A DNA stretch of 64,000 nt from Botryllus schlosseri (GCA_051294905.1 CM119372.1:868001-932000), one strand, 5' to 3'. Shown: positions 37,407 to 53,895, counted from the stretch's first letter. The notes: generated from the letters alone by a model not told the origin. Made by a program: numbers and translations.

Positions 37407-38120
37407 ATGGCTTCTCCATCGGTACGCGAAAGCGCAGAAGACGTTGACAGACAAATTATATTGTCAAAGTTGATGAAAGATATTTATGCTCAACAATATT
37501 TTGACACGACTCCGAGCGAATTGACCAACGAAATATTCAACATATGCATTGACAAATTTCTGAAATTATTATCGAGCCTTGAAAAATCTATATTATTTGC
37601 CTCAACGTTACAAAAAAGTGAAAAAGAAACAGATATTGCAGCAAAAGTGAAAGCTGACCTTGCGCAGTACGTCATGAACTTTTACACTCATTTGGAACAA
37701 AAAGCGGATTCCTTGGAACTGTATTTGGACCACCATATTTTGAGCATTCCTCCCGATAAAATTATTGAAACTGACAAGGCGCTGATTACCTACAAAGAGC
37801 TTATCAAAGTTTTGAACAATGACAGTGAACGTTCTGGCGATGAACAACAATTAACTGAAGAAACGACTGCAGAATATTTGTCAAAAAAACTTGAGGACAA
37901 GAGACGTGAATTTTTTGAAAAACGACGCCAAAAATTTAACGCCCAATGCGAATTACAGGTCGTCGAAGAAAATTTAGGAAAACTCGAAAATCTGGAAGAT
38001 TCCATGAAATCGGTGCTATCGCATTTTGATGGTTCTTTGAGAGACTATGTTTTGAATCTTGTGACCGCTATGGCGGGTTTACGTGAGACGGCTACTGTCA
38101 GACATGGTCTTAGTAGTTAG
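37407..38120 (+). CDS. MIS12: Mis12-like kinetochore protein (single coding exon; an in-frame upstream ATG exists at 37371)
   Basis: YAQQYFDTTPSELTNEIFNICIDKFLKLLSSLEKSI and LEQKADSLELYLDHHILSIPPDKIIETDK match from recall the two conserved Mis12 N-terminal blocks (FFGFTP.. and ..ILRIPSNILLPEDK), followed by a coiled-coil-like C-terminal half. Size fits. Not confirmed by a profile search. Confidence 0.75.
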   Translation: MASPSVRESAEDVDRQIILSKLMKDIYAQQYFDTTPSELTNEIFNICIDKFLKLLSSLEKSILFASTLQKSEKETDIAAKVKADLAQYVMNFYTHLEQKADSLELYLDHHILSIPPDKIIETDKALITYKELIKVLNNDSERSGDEQQLTEETTAEYLSKKLEDKRREFFEKRRQKFNAQCELQVVEENLGKLENLEDSMKSVLSHFDGSLRDYVLNLVTAMAGLRETATVRHGLSS

Positions 38121-38689
38121 GATTGTACTTAATTTGTAGTAGTGTGTAACTGACTGTGTTCAGTTACAATATTCAATTGATTAATATATTTGTGTTGAAT
38201 AATCATCAGCAACTAGGACAGAAATGAAAAGAACATTGTATATTAACATTAACTATTATCAAAATCTGCCAACCTAGTTTCTGCCAACAAAATGGGTTTG
38301 TGTATAATCTATAAATAGTACATTGAGTTGAGGCCATCTGTTTACTACTCAAATTCTCATGCGAGTGACGTCATGTTTTGCGGTGCGATTGTTGGTATGC
38401 AATGTTCTTTTCAATTCTCTACTATAGTTGCTGACGATTACCCAGGACGAGTGCCAGCCGAAAATAGTTTGGTGTGTTTCAATATGAATATATTCACTTG
38501 AATGCATGGTTATTGCCACTATCGAAATGTAACACAATCAGCACTGCCTTTTGCTTTCGTTTTGTCGTACAGAATTATTTTTCCATTTTCGCAACAAAGT
38601 TTCTGTTACTTTCACTTTCCACTCACATTATTTTATTACAGATCATAAATTTATTCCTTGGTCAGTGTTTTGAAATTTTCTGAATCAAG

Positions 38690-41267
<2,578 letters not shown>

Positions 41268-41967
41268 ACAATCTGTTCTGTATTTGATGCGTTTGTGTTT
41301 AGTTATCACGCGATTCCTCCTGCTGATTGTTCATCTGCCCATTTCTCTGTCAATTGCATGGGTGGTGATGAGAATCTGCTTCAATAACGGTATCATTTTG
41401 GTAACTAGTTAACGCACAATTCCTCTTACTGGTTTATCATCATTAACCTTTCTTCTGCCAAAGGGGTCTGCCTTAATAACGGCCTGTGTTAACTATGTGC
41501 TTCAAGTTGAATAATATCTGTTGTTGATATCGTGGGCTCTCTGATAGTCTGCATGACTTTGATCTAGATTAACTTCTGAAAGGTTTTTGCTTTGGAATCT
41601 AGTCGTCTGCGTACAGTTAACCTATACTTCCTGGAAACATTTGTGAATTGAAAAAACTTTGTACAGTGTCGGTGTGGTCTGACTTTATTTTCATTGGCAT
41701 AGTATGGAAAAGGGATATTTTGCACGAGTATCATGTTTATTGCGAAACTAAAAAACGAGAAGAAAATAATAGTAATACATATTAATACATTTTCCTTGGC
41801 ATAGCACCAAAAAGAGATATTTTACTATGGAACCAAAAAACTATAAAAAATAATGAAGGCTAGGCATACAGTTATTGCTGGTTTATAGCATGGCACCGAA
41901 TGAATTAATCTACCAGCATTAATTGGAAGAACAACACACATGGTAGATTCATTCATCACTCCTGCAG

Positions 41968-44900
41968 TTACAGGGAAAATAGACGGCGGTAATAGTCTGA
42001 AAGTACAAGTAGCCGGTGTTGAAGTGGGTGCAATTGGTGTCTTGCGCACAGCCCGGCCGATTATCGTACCACCGATAACAAGGTAGTATCGGCAATTTTC
42101 ATGGCGTCACACTAGGTTGTTTGACTGCTATGGTGGGAATATTTGTCTTATTCTTATGTTAGGTTTACCATATTTTGTAAATCTGAAAAGAGTTCACTTT
42201 CATCCAATTTTCAGACTTGCACTACTGGAGGAAAATACTGAAAAATGGTAAATTCTTCCCACTTCGTGGTCGGTTGACTGAAAAAATAAAATGTCAACTT
42301 TATGGCTCGAACACAGAATTAACGGTTTTTCTTTCACATTATTGGTTGGTTGACTAGAAAAAAGTCAACTTTCCGGCTCAAACCTCGAATTACGGTTTTT
42401 CGCCGCCGGAGCGTTACTTCAGTGCTGATTTACTGTATTTCAGTCAAATTTTGCCCTATATTTAACCAAGATTCTCAAAAAAGAGGACAAATCCTGTTGA
42501 AAGGACGTATGGTAACCCTATATTATGTTAGTTACAGGCGGAGGTGGCGGAAGTGGTATTTGTTGGTGCTCAAGCAGAAGTGACCTTGTGAATTTCTACT
42601 CAATCAGACTTGAACAGAGTACTGGATTTTCAAAATGTGAATCAAGAACTAGGCTTAATCGGATTCAAAATCCGTAAATATAACTCAATTTTTGAAACTT
42701 GCAACTAGGACTAGAACTCACTTTTCAAACTCGCAACTACAACTACTCACTTTTCAAAATCTGCAACTAGAACTCAAAAAACCTAAATTGGTGGTTTGTA
42801 CAAGTATGACATAAGTATAAGAAGCGATTTCTGAGTGAGTAAAAATTAATTATTCTAAGCCTAGTTTTGCCCAAGGAACTGAAAACTGTTCAGTAGAAGT
42901 AGTCTTCAATCATAAACGCTAGTAGGGAATACCATGAAAACGAAGAATTACTTTATTACTGAACTGAACAGTGAACACCATTTTTCAGTTGCAGCCTCTC
43001 TAGTTTATTGCATGTGTCCGAGCATAGAAATGGCTGTAAAGCTGTATAAATAAAGGTTGTGTAGTTTCGGAAATGTACGCTAAGCTAGCCGCCATATCTT
43101 TTGAACATATCTGGGTTATCGCCTACAAAATACGATATCGGCCGGGCTCTAGTCGTGTGGTAGTTACCAGTTGATCCAATGTCAGGACTGTGGGTGGGAA
43201 AGAGAGCAGAACGCGAGAAATCGGACGGGTGTTTCGTTGGGCTTGAAAATCTCACCATGGGTGACATTGTCCTCTGATGACCTGCCACAAGCAATATTAC
43301 GTCACTCACTGGGATCACAGCAGGCTTTGTAATGACCCGAGTCATTCTCTTGAGAATGGAAAATGACTCGACTCAAGTCACTTTGTGTATTGACTCGAGA
43401 CATTCTATATGACTGATTCAAGTCTCGTGTATCAGGAGCTATACTTGAAAAATAGGCCCAGAAAATATTATCTAATTGAATAAAAAATAAACATGTTAGA
43501 GAGAGAGGTGATATTCTTTTTTTCGCCTGCACCATCGAGATGCTTTGACGACGGAGATGCGATACAGCCTTTATAGCAGAGGTCTCAAACTCGAGTGTGC
43601 TCGCGGCCAATTTCCTACTTTTTGATTGCGTTGTGGGCCGCAGCACCAATAATCAATGTATTTCTAATTAGGCCTTATGACGGGACCTCAATCAATCAGG
43701 TTTATTAATATTTTCATCGTTTCAAAACATCACAAGACTGCGACACAATGAAAAGATAGGAAGGTGTCGAAACAACTTGGAGTAGCCTTTAAGATCAGAC
43801 ACCCACCGTAAGCTAGGCCAAGTAAATAAGAGGCATGCACACTGAATGAAAAGTAATGCAGAGAAAATGCGTGTGTGGCACGAAAAAATCGCATTTTAAA
43901 ATATTTGAATAAACTTGTTGCTGTACTTGGCATAGTAGTTGTTTGTTTGCGGTATTCGTGGTGTTTATCGAATACAATGGTCATTTACGCCAGGCCAATT
44001 TCTTAATTTTATTCCATAACTGCTGACTTGTAGCACGGCCCACTTCTCGGCTCTTATAAGACACCGCTTTCACAGATTCTGTGGCGAGGAGGAGCCTAGA
44101 TAAACCTCCAACACATAGGTAGGAATTCTGGCGACGACCTCGGTCGGACTCGAACCCACAACCCATTAGACTTGTAGTTGTGGATTATACCACTACACTA
44201 TCTCGCCACTCAGCGGTAAATCAGAATCTCCGCCAGCGGTAACGAGCTCTCTCGAATGCGATTACCGCATAATGTAAAAATTGGTATTTCAAAACATTTT
44301 GCGGCCAGCTCACGCAAGAGCGCTTTGAACTCACGTAAACTCTCGTAATTCCAGACGCAACGCAACTTTCGCAATCAACGCGCTGATTTGTGATTTCGCC
44401 AAGTCGATAATCTCGGTAAAAGATGACATCAAATGAGGGTTTATAATGCTGTGTGGTCAGCAACGATTTGTAATTTAGCAGTGATAATCTTTCACATACA
44501 GGGAAATGGAAATACCCTAATTGTTTGTGGGAGTTGCTCCGAAGAGAACAAAATTACAGGCGTACGGTACATTATGGTTTGTCTGCTTTAGGCCGCTGCG
44601 CCAAGTATCAAGCGTGCATTGAGTTTTAACTTCGTATGAGGATAATACAGTTGGAGCAATACATGTGTAACATTCTGGAAACATGGCCCTGATCGTAATT
44701 CACAACGACTTTATAGGCCTACCGAATCGGACTGAATTCTACCGTTCAGCAGCGAATTACTTATTGACAAGGCGACCACAGGATATGCTAGCCAAAGTTA
44801 AAAAGTGGATATTAAATAAATCTATTTGGCAATAGATGACTAACCTACCGAGGTTAGTAATCTATAATTTAAGATTATAATAGCATGCTTCCTACATAGA

Positions 44901-47900
44901 ACTCAAGTCCCCGTTATATTCATACAGGCTTTAAACGGCGAGGTAGCCTACTCAGTCCCCGCACTTACTGGTCCGTATATGAGAACTCAATTCATAAGCG
45001 TTATATATCGCCACTGCCTTATTTCGCTTGATTTTACTAACAGTTGGGCCTACGAAATAACCAATTGGGTAACTTACAGGACATGCCCTTTTAGATCGAT
45101 TACTGCCTCACTTCTTTACTTTATTGAAGTAGAATATTAAGATTTTGCAGTTCAAAAAGCTACTATTTCCAGCGCGGATTCAACTCCGCCAGCTAGAAGG
45201 TAAGCGGTAAGTTACCACGAGAAATCTGCGCTAATTTCAGTTTTGTAATACCGAACTTCGCGGATAGTAACGTTCGTGACGCAGATCGTTCACGTTTTCT
45301 CTCGATTCCTACGTTTTGCAGTAAGTCAATGTCAGCGGTAAAAATGCTCTCGAAGACATCGTTATTGAGGGTTTTGTAATGGCGATTGTCCGCTTCTCTC
45401 GAATTGTGACGGTAAATGTTGATTCCGCAGTGCGGTAGTTGTTTTGTAATGCCGCCGCTGATAACTATGTCATTACCAAAGTCAAATAATTCTTTGTTAG
45501 ATTTACCTTCGGATATTGGAACAGATCTATAACAATTAGAAAATAATTATTACTGTGCAATTGCAATAGAAATGTCCAATCGCCGAAGAATCCATTGGTG
45601 TTACAGCTGTGAAGCGTATGCTACGACTATACTTTATACTCGCCACATTCAATTGGATAAACAAGGATAAAGATACCCAAGATGACACAGGATGTAACTA
45701 ACTATACATCAAGAGGGCAACACAATGCCAATGGTTGCCATACCGAACTGCTAAGATATTTAAATAAGCTACGCAACACAAGCTAGAACCTTTTGATAGT
45801 TTGTTGTGTCCGTGACTGCACCAAGTCACGGCGTTCCGGGTCACAATAAGTCCTACTCTGATTGTAACGTTAGACGCGACTGAACTAGAGTCATTTTTAT
45901 TTTATACACATTGAGCCAGAGTTCAAGTAATTCTACAAAAGGTCGCGTCCAAGTCCAAATCACAATTATCAGCCACCAATCATCGACGGGTCATGTTTTA
46001 CCACCATACAAGTATAGTGTGACGCAATAGTTGATCTTCCACTGCGTGGTAACTTTTGCAAGGGATCTAATAAAGAAGTTTGATTTGTAGTTTCAGACTT
46101 CTCAAATTAAAAAATAAAGATACTTGGCTTGAATCTGACTTGAACTCGATAATGAACAGTGAACACTTGGATTGGATTTGAACATGATCACATTTAGAAA
46201 AACTAAAAAAAATTCAGCTGTTGCTAATCAGATTGGAATTAGAATTATAGCTACTTCGTTTTTTCCAAATTAGATTACAATTACCCATTTAAATTAGAAT
46301 GATCAATTCGAAAAAACTTGGAAATTGAATTCTGACTTGGAAAGAAGCACAATAAAAATCATGATTAGTTCATATCAAATCAGAGTCCGTTCTCATAAGC
46401 ATAAGGGCAAATGTCTGTACACCGAGCGTGGATCGTCTCGTACTATAGGCTACAGTTCTGAAGCATTTTCAAGAAAATGAGATTAAAATTGCAATTAAAG
46501 CATAGAAACACTTCACAAATTAGATTACAATTAGATCGCCAGCATTCTGCTCTGATGAGTCTAATTAGCAGGGTTGTAATGACTTGACTTGAGTCGCCAT
46601 TTTTCGTTGACTCGGCGAGTCACTACGCATGACTCGACACATTCCATATGACTTATTCAAGTCTTGTAATCAGGACTGATAATTGAGAAATAGACTCAGC
46701 AAATGTGAGAAAAATCAGTATATTAATATGAACCTGAGGGCTTTGATATCACAAAAGAGTTTACCAGTAAGTTAAAATCGATACTGAGCAGTAAAAACTC
46801 TGGTTTGGACCCAGGTCTTAGTACACTGACTCGGACTTGACTTGTTGGTGAATTGAAAATAATTTGACTTTACTATCCTATCTTTTCACTATATCGCAAT
46901 CGTGTGGTGTATTGATTTGATAAAAATATTAATAAATGATGATGACTCGAGTCTAAACTATAAAGTCGATTTGACTTGTGACCAGGAACCTTGTTACTGT
47001 GGTTACAACTCTGCTAATTAGACAATTAATATAAGGTAATGATCTAGTTGTGCAATTCTGGCCGTAAGAACCTATGGGAGAACCGGTGGAGCTTTGAATT
47101 CTGCCCAGACAGAATTCCGTCTCAGATCTTGAATCCCCGGCTCCGTCCATTTTGGGTGCGGTAGAAGCGAGGGTCAGGCGATGACATGTTGCTTCTAATT
47201 TCTTGCATTGACGCGATTTGCTGCTGAGAAGGCTTGAAACCTGAGTAAAGTGAATCTTTTATTGTCAACTGTGCAAATCAACAACATTCACCAAAATGCG
47301 ACATACGCGTCAGGGTTGTAATTACTTGAGTCCCAATATTTAGTTGACTCGACTTGTATACGAGTCATTGCGCATGACTCCACGAAGTGATATGACTCGA
47401 GAAATTCGACATGACCTGATTCAAGTCTCGTGTATCAGGACTGAAACCGAATCTTATCTCTTTAAATAAACATGTTAAGAGCAAGAAAATGAGTAGGCCT
47501 ATATCATGAATATGATGCCTTCAATATCACCCAAGAATTTAGCAGAAGTGAGTTGAGCCCGTCTTGAAGTCAATAATGAACAGTGAACTCTCCGACTTGG
47601 ACTTGAGTCTTAACACTATGACTCGCACTCGAACCGTTGCTCTCAAACTTGACTCTGAGGTGAAGTGAAAATGACTCAACTTGACTCGAGTATAAAACTG
47701 TCAAGTAGAAGTAGAAGTAGTCTAAACCAGTGGTTCTCAACCTTTTTCACCGCGGACCGGTAAAATTTCAAGAAATATTTGGCGGACCGGTGGAACTTGA
47801 AAAATTGAAATCAACCGTCAATGTAATGTATGCAGCCGTTTTCTGCAAGTATGGTACAAGAGCAGGGGTGGCCAACCTTTTTGCTATTCACGGCCGCATT

Positions 47901-50900
47901 TCGATTACATATACGGCCTATGGCCGCATTCCAGGATATAGTCGCACTGAACTAACTTGTCACCAAATACCCATGCTAACTGTCCATGTCCAATTCTGGT
48001 GAACGCTGGACTAATCTTTTTCATATCTTCTTACTATACGCATCGAAATTGCTACATAGTGGTCATGTTACCAATAATGACTAGAACCGGTTACCGTCGC
48101 GCGGAGTGCGAAAATTATGAATTTCGTCATTAAAATTCGTAGTTTCACTTATTACTATCAAATGTTTATCCTTTCTCAGCCATAGAGACCTCCCATCAGG
48201 ATTTTCGGAATAAAAGAAAGATATTGGAATCTTCCAAACATACCAGAAACAAATTGCTTTCGTGAGGAGCGCACGATTAGAAATTGTTATTTCTATATGG
48301 GGTGCACACATACTGATCTAATTACGCGTCCACTTCCGCGCAAATTTCCTTCTACGGCCGCAGGTTGGCCACCACTTTACTAGAGAGTGAAATTTCGAGG
48401 GTTCTGTTCGTAATTAAATTTTTTTATGATGGTATTCATTTGGTTTCACGGTAGAGTTTGCTGAGTGCTGAGTCGAGGTAAAATGAACTTGCCCATATAA
48501 TTTCGCGCCAAAGGCCGTGGATTAATCAACCGCACAAACTGAAGTAATATTATTCTCTTCGACATTGTCCAGAGATGAAGCGTTTTGGAGTAGGACTAAA
48601 CACCTTGTCGAGCTACCTTGCTCATTTCCCACTATTACCAGACGTAGCCTACTACGAGTACAATCCACCGCAGGATACCTGGCCATCCACAAAATTAATG
48701 AATTGAGAGCGAATGATCGTACGGATTGCGCGGTTTAGCGAGTCGTTCACATGTTGTCACAGGAGACAGATCGAACTTCAAGTCAAACCGAACATGTTTC
48801 CGTGCGTAATCTTACTTAACAAAGTTGTGCATCAGTCAAAAATTTGACGTTTTATTTATTTTACCAATGGACAAGCGTTCAACATCTTGCATCTTGAAAT
48901 TAAGTTATAAAATCTCAATCTACCTAGCGGACCGGCAGATAAGTAGTCGCGGACCGGCGGTTGAGAACCACTGGTCTAAACCATAAACCAGGGTTGTAAC
49001 CAAGTCACAAGGCTCCGAGTCACAAGTCAATATCATTTTGACAGTTTTGACTCAAGTCATTTTCAATTCCCACCGAGTCCAAGTCATCGAGCAGAGGGTC
49101 GAGCCTGAGTCATGGTTCTATGACTCGAGTCCAAGTTCAAGTCATTGTGTTGGCTGCTCATATTCCAGTTAAAGTCTTGTTAAAACCATTTTTATAACTC
49201 TGTTCGGTGATATCGAATGGTCCGCATTAATAATACTATAATTTTCCTCACTTTTACGTGTTTCTGGTCCCATTTTCAAGTATCAGTACCAATAGACGAA
49301 ATATCGATAGTTTGGTTACCGTACTTTACTATTCTTCGAAATTACAATTAAATGTCGGTCTTGGCTGTTAGAGTCTAGCGTCACATGATTTGGTTCGAGT
49401 CATGCGCAATGAATCGAGTACAAGTCGAGTCAATGCACAGATAGACTCGAGTCGAGTCATTTCCGTATTTTAAGAAAATGACTCGAGTCAAGTCGAGTCA
49501 TCAGAAAATCGTGACTCGAGTCATTACAACCCTGCCATAAACGAGTCAGAAAGTGTGTTGGTAAGCAAGATCTACTTAACGTAGAAGCACTTTGTTACTC
49601 GGCTGGAAAGATTGATTTGAGTACTCAAACCTGAATCGAGAATAAACTGATGAGACGAGAAGTTACAGATGATATTTTCAAGTATGAAATTATACCGTCC
49701 TTGCCACTAAGAGTGAATTTATCAATAAGAGTTATAGTTTTGATACTATCCTCCACAGTGAAAGGCTGTAAACCGCGATTGGTTCTATCGCAGCATACGA
49801 ATCATATAGTAAAAAGCAATTTTTGAGTAGTCTATGCGTCAAACATATCGGGTCTACTATTATTATAAGTTGATACTGCTTGAATTTGCACCAGAGAAGT
49901 ATCGCTAAGTCAGTCAGTTATTTAATTGAGATTTTCATCACATTAAAACACCAATAGATTGCGATATAATGAGAAGATAGAATTCTCGAAACAACGGAAA
50001 ATAATAGTCAACTTGCCTCATTATATTGTTTTTTGAGGGCTGCCAGTTCCGAATCTCTGGACGAGAGCTCAGACTTCATGGCTTTGTTTGCTTTTTGCCA
50101 TTCAGTCTCCAACTGTTCACAGAATTGCTTCAGATCAGCTATCTTTCGTTCACTTCGTTGCAGCATCAATTCCTAAATGAAATTACCGGGCTGGAAAACT
50201 CATATAATCAGTGGGGCTGGGAAAAATCGAGCACCTTATGTGATTCGATTCTGAATCAAGTATTAGGTGGCGAGTAACACACATTATGACCGTCACAACA
50301 GTCTGAATGACGTGGAAAGTTCAAATATGTACCTTGTATGCGACCACAAAGAATAAAATGCCAGTTCTACATCACATTGAAGATGATTTGCTATTTTTTC
50401 GACCAGCTATTTCATTGCACTTCTTGACAACGTTGTGAGTTCATCACGACTTCACAGATAGCTCATTTTCGCTAATGTGAGTAGCTTTGTACTATGCTTT
50501 GTAGGCTGCGATACTGACTCTATAAAAGACGACAAATAGCGAAACTGAAGGACATTTTACATTTCTTAAAAAAGGAGGACATATGGTAACCCTAGAATAA
50601 ATCATCTCTCTTGCTACTCGACTCAAAACATTGGAATTATACTCGATTCAGATTCGAGTACTCGAACCATTGTGCCCAGCCTTAAATATTGAAAAAGAGA
50701 ATGTTTTCCCACCCTGTATTGAAGTTCGTTGCTATACTGGTACATCCATCCTGATATTGCTTTCTGACAAATGTCCATCACGATATCTGGTCGCTGCCCA
50801 AGTAGGATCATGGATCGATACGCTTTGTCGGGATTGGGTTCAAAGCTTATGATGCCGTGCTTTTTGTTCAGCGACATAGAGCAGGCAGGGCAAATCCGGC

Positions 50901-51687
50901 CATTTTCTGAGAAAAAACTTAGACAATTCGCAGATGTGTTTGGCATGAATCATGATACTGGTGTTCTGTTGTGTAATGTTCTTGCAGCCGTTTTTAGCTC
51001 AGAGTTATCACTACTAACAGTCGGTTAGCTAGGGTGTAGGTTTTGGGAGTAGAAACCTATCAAATCTGTTTCTTTTCGAGTGCCGATTCGATCTCCAATA
51101 TTTCTTAGCTCATTCACAATACAGTCATTGAATCTAGTTGGTTATGTTTTGGTTAGTTAATTGACAGATTTCTCAAGGCCGTTAGTTGTGTATAGTTTGT
51201 GTATGTCTAAAGTCTGGTATTGTCCTCTTATTCGAGTTTTGCGGTATTTGACAAGTACTCCTTGTCGGTTTCGATACTGAATTTCAATTTTCAATTGTAA
51301 AGAACATTGCATATCAACATGCCGGTGAAGTCATATTTTGTAATACCGTACGATTGTAGATAAACAATGTTCTTTCCAATTCTCTAAAGTTGCGGACGAT
51401 TACTCTTGACGAGCGACAGCAGAAGATGTTCGGGTTTATTTCTATATGAATATACTATTCAATCGGATATCGCAGTTCTGTACCTCCATTCCAAGAAGCT
51501 TTAAAAACGAAACATGCAAACCGCTGGACAGTGGACAACAGATTCCCTCCAGTGATCCAGGTAACTCACCAATGATTGCTTTTCCGTCTTCATGACAGAA
51601 TACATGGCAGCAAGAAGTCACCCAAGCCGATCCCGATGAAATTTGCCTTCTGCATTTGGTATCATTACAAAATAGCACGCCCTGCAT
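41968..51687 (-). CDS. CCNB1IP1: HEI10/CCNB1IP1-like meiotic RING E3 ligase; exons 51687-51570, 50906-50713, 50172-50017, 47240-47072 (or 47084), 43281-43168, 41996-41968 (last two tentative)
   Basis: LFCNDTKCRRQISSGSAWVTSCCHVFC..ICPACSMSL..NPDKAYRSMILLGQRPDIVMDICQKAISGWMYQ follows the HEI10 RING and post-RING pattern, then a coiled coil ending SKSRQCKKLE. The S/P-rich tail exons were joined on splice signals and phase only. Confidence 0.85.
42047..43151. mobile_element. hAT-type MITE, CGATA/ATCGG-rich family, with nested repeats
   Basis: Inverted ends CACAGCCCGGCCGAT / ATCGGCCGGGCTCTA; degenerate 8-bp TSD GTCTTGCG/GTCGTGTG. A related end lies at ~8830-8925. Confidence 0.6.
43937..44210 (-). 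mobile_element. tRNA-derived SINE, uninterrupted copy
   Basis: Minus strand reads GGCGAGATAGTGTAGTGGTATAA (A box) ..GGTTCGAGTCC (B box), then a ~200-bp body, ending CAAACAAACAAC. Homologous to 9538-10095. Confidence 0.82.
47728..48973. mobile_element. hAT MITE containing a second MITE at ~47862-48377
   Basis: Outer TIR CAGTGGTTCTCAACC / GGTTGAGAACCACTG with perfect TSD GTCTAAAC. Inner element GGTGGCCAACC/GGTTGGCCACC with TSD TACAAGAG/TACTAGAG. Confidence 0.88.
48989..49534 (+). mobile_element. hAT-type MITE, GACTC/GAGTC-rich family
   Basis: TIR CAGGGTTGTAA / TTACAACCCTG, perfect TSD CCATAAAC. Relatives at ~12650-12833, 20320-20447, 43320-43480, 46568-47012, 47310-47700, 63340-63525. Confidence 0.9.
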
Positions 51688-52239
51688 TGTGCTCAATATT
51701 ATAAAAATATCTGGAAGTAACTTCTGCCGTGATTTCTAGAAACCGACTAGAATCTAACCACGAATCAGCTGCTTTGTTTAGGTTATAGTTACGTCACCAT
51801 CGCGAGTCGTCAGTCGTCAGCTCAAGTCAAGCTTGTTATTTGAAGAAAATTTTGGAGGTACAAAACTACATATTACTCATATCGTAAATATATTGTTAAG
51901 TGTAAATTATCACTATTCGCAGACCAAATTTTCTTGTGACTGACTTGTGTCCAGAATAGCGATGCGAGCGCACAGTAGCTACGCTACACGAAGCTGGCTG
52001 CTATTTTCGGAGTATTTACGGCTATTCGCAATAGCTCACCAATATATTCGCAAATGACTGGTAAAGTGGTGTACGAGGCATTATGTTATCCACGACTAGA
52101 GATAGTTTTTCCCGATATATCTCCTGATCGTTTCATTACGCATAACCGGAACGTCAACAGTCACATTCGATAACGAAACAGTAATTCGTAAAGACGCTAA
52201 CTTTATGATATAATAAAGTTGGATTAATCCTCGGATTAT

Positions 52240-52500
52240 ATTTTCATCATTAACGGGTCTTTTTTTCCGGGTGCCACGGGGTATTATTAGGAGCCCAGAA
52301 TAACTTCCGACGGCGGGAATCGAAGCCAAGCCGCCTGCTTGGAGGGGGAGATAACGTAGTGGTAACGATAAGTGCCTACTAAGCCGGTGGACCGGGTTCG
52401 ATTCCCATCGGAGGTTCATCTGGGCTCCTCTTCCCCCGCTGTCGCCGTGCGCCGTTCTTACGGCGACAAAAAAGCCCAGAAAAAAAAAGACCCGAAGAAA
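52240..52500. mobile_element. Head-to-head pair of tRNA-derived SINE-like sequences
   Basis: Plus strand from ~52345: A-box TAACGTAGTGG, B-box GGTTCGATTCC, then TCGGAGGTTCATCTGGGCTCCT..CCCAGAAAAAAAAAGACCCG. Minus strand from ~52340: GCTTCGATTCCC..TCGGAAGTTATTCTGGGCTCCT..CCCGGAAAAAAAGACCCG. Confidence 0.65.
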
Positions 52501-53895
52501 GAAAGCACTCACAAGGAATGGAAAGAACTAGTAGAAAGGACCGCGGCTTCAAAAAAAAGATCAACATCGAAAAGAACTGTGACATCGGGCACTCTAGGCC
52601 GAGGTGGATGTTAGAGTAAAGGATCGCTACCGATGCGTGTCGTTCGGCATCCTCCTATCTGTTCATTACATCGCATTATGTCTTATCGCATTGTACATTG
52701 TGTGTAACTTGTTCAGATGAAAATTATAACCCAACCATGTTATGTTATGTTGGATGGCGCCGGCGCTCACCACTGCGCCATCCCCCCCCCGCAATCTAAC
52801 CAAAACTACAATCTAATTTAAAGCATTTCGCGAGGCTGACGAGTTGTCGGAAGACGAAAGACAAACATTGATATACTGAAAAAACTTATGAATACACGGT
52901 GTAAATCCCTTTGATCATCCTTTTTTTACCGTCTTGCAGTTTTAGTTCGATTGTAGCCTATGCCATTTTTACAATCATGAGCGACTTCATTGTAACAACG
53001 AAAAATTACAAAACTACACTTACACGGCCTTCCCACCTTTTCGTAATATCACGGTAAAGTTTTACGATGTTTTGAAATGATTATAAAGCAGCGAACCGGT
53101 TCGTTTTATTGTACGATGACTCGATGAATTTCATCAAATAATTCTCTCAGGTGTAAACTTACCATTCTAGTGACGTGTTTTTCGGGATTATAATAGAAAT
53201 CGTCGATGACATCCTTATAAGTAATTAAATAACCTGCCAGCTCCTGGAGCTCGAGACACCATTTATTTTGCCTTTTAATCAATCAATCAATCAAACGAAC
53301 CAACAAACAAAGAAACATAACAATGAATAAGTCACAAATCGACATTCGCGATACACAGCTCGACGCTTGGCTACGTTCATCTTTGAAACTCCTTGCCATC
53401 ACGGAAGGTCGCCTTGGCCGACCTGACCAAAGTTTGACAAATAGAAAATTTTCAGCGTTTCCAGATCAGATTAGAGTTAGAATGAAGTAAATATAATTCA
53501 ATTCCAAATCAGAAAAAAATACAACAAAAATCAAGTTCAGTTTACATCAAATCAGAGTTCATTCTCATAAGCGCGTGAACATCAAATGACTCAAATGTCC
53601 GCACACCAAGTTCAGCTCGTTTCGCGCTATACAGTTCTGTAGTGTAGTCAGTACACCCAGAAAAGAGATTAGAATTGAAATGCGAGCGTGGACACGTTTA
53701 AAAAATCAGATTAGCGTTAGACCACCGGAATTTCGCTCTAATTAGTCTAACCAGACAACTAGAACTATCTAGTTGCCCCAGTCTGATCGCAATGTTCATA
53801 GAAAATCGACAGTAGGCCTAGCGTCAAATTACACGCGTTTGACGACATGGTGTACCGACCTATTCGTTTTTTTTCAACGCGACAGTCTTCAATAC

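Noticed and set aside
52345..52420. Functional tRNA gene (also 9540-9610 and 44135-44210)
   Set aside because: A and B boxes are present, but I cannot form an acceptor stem, and each continues into a shared SINE body.
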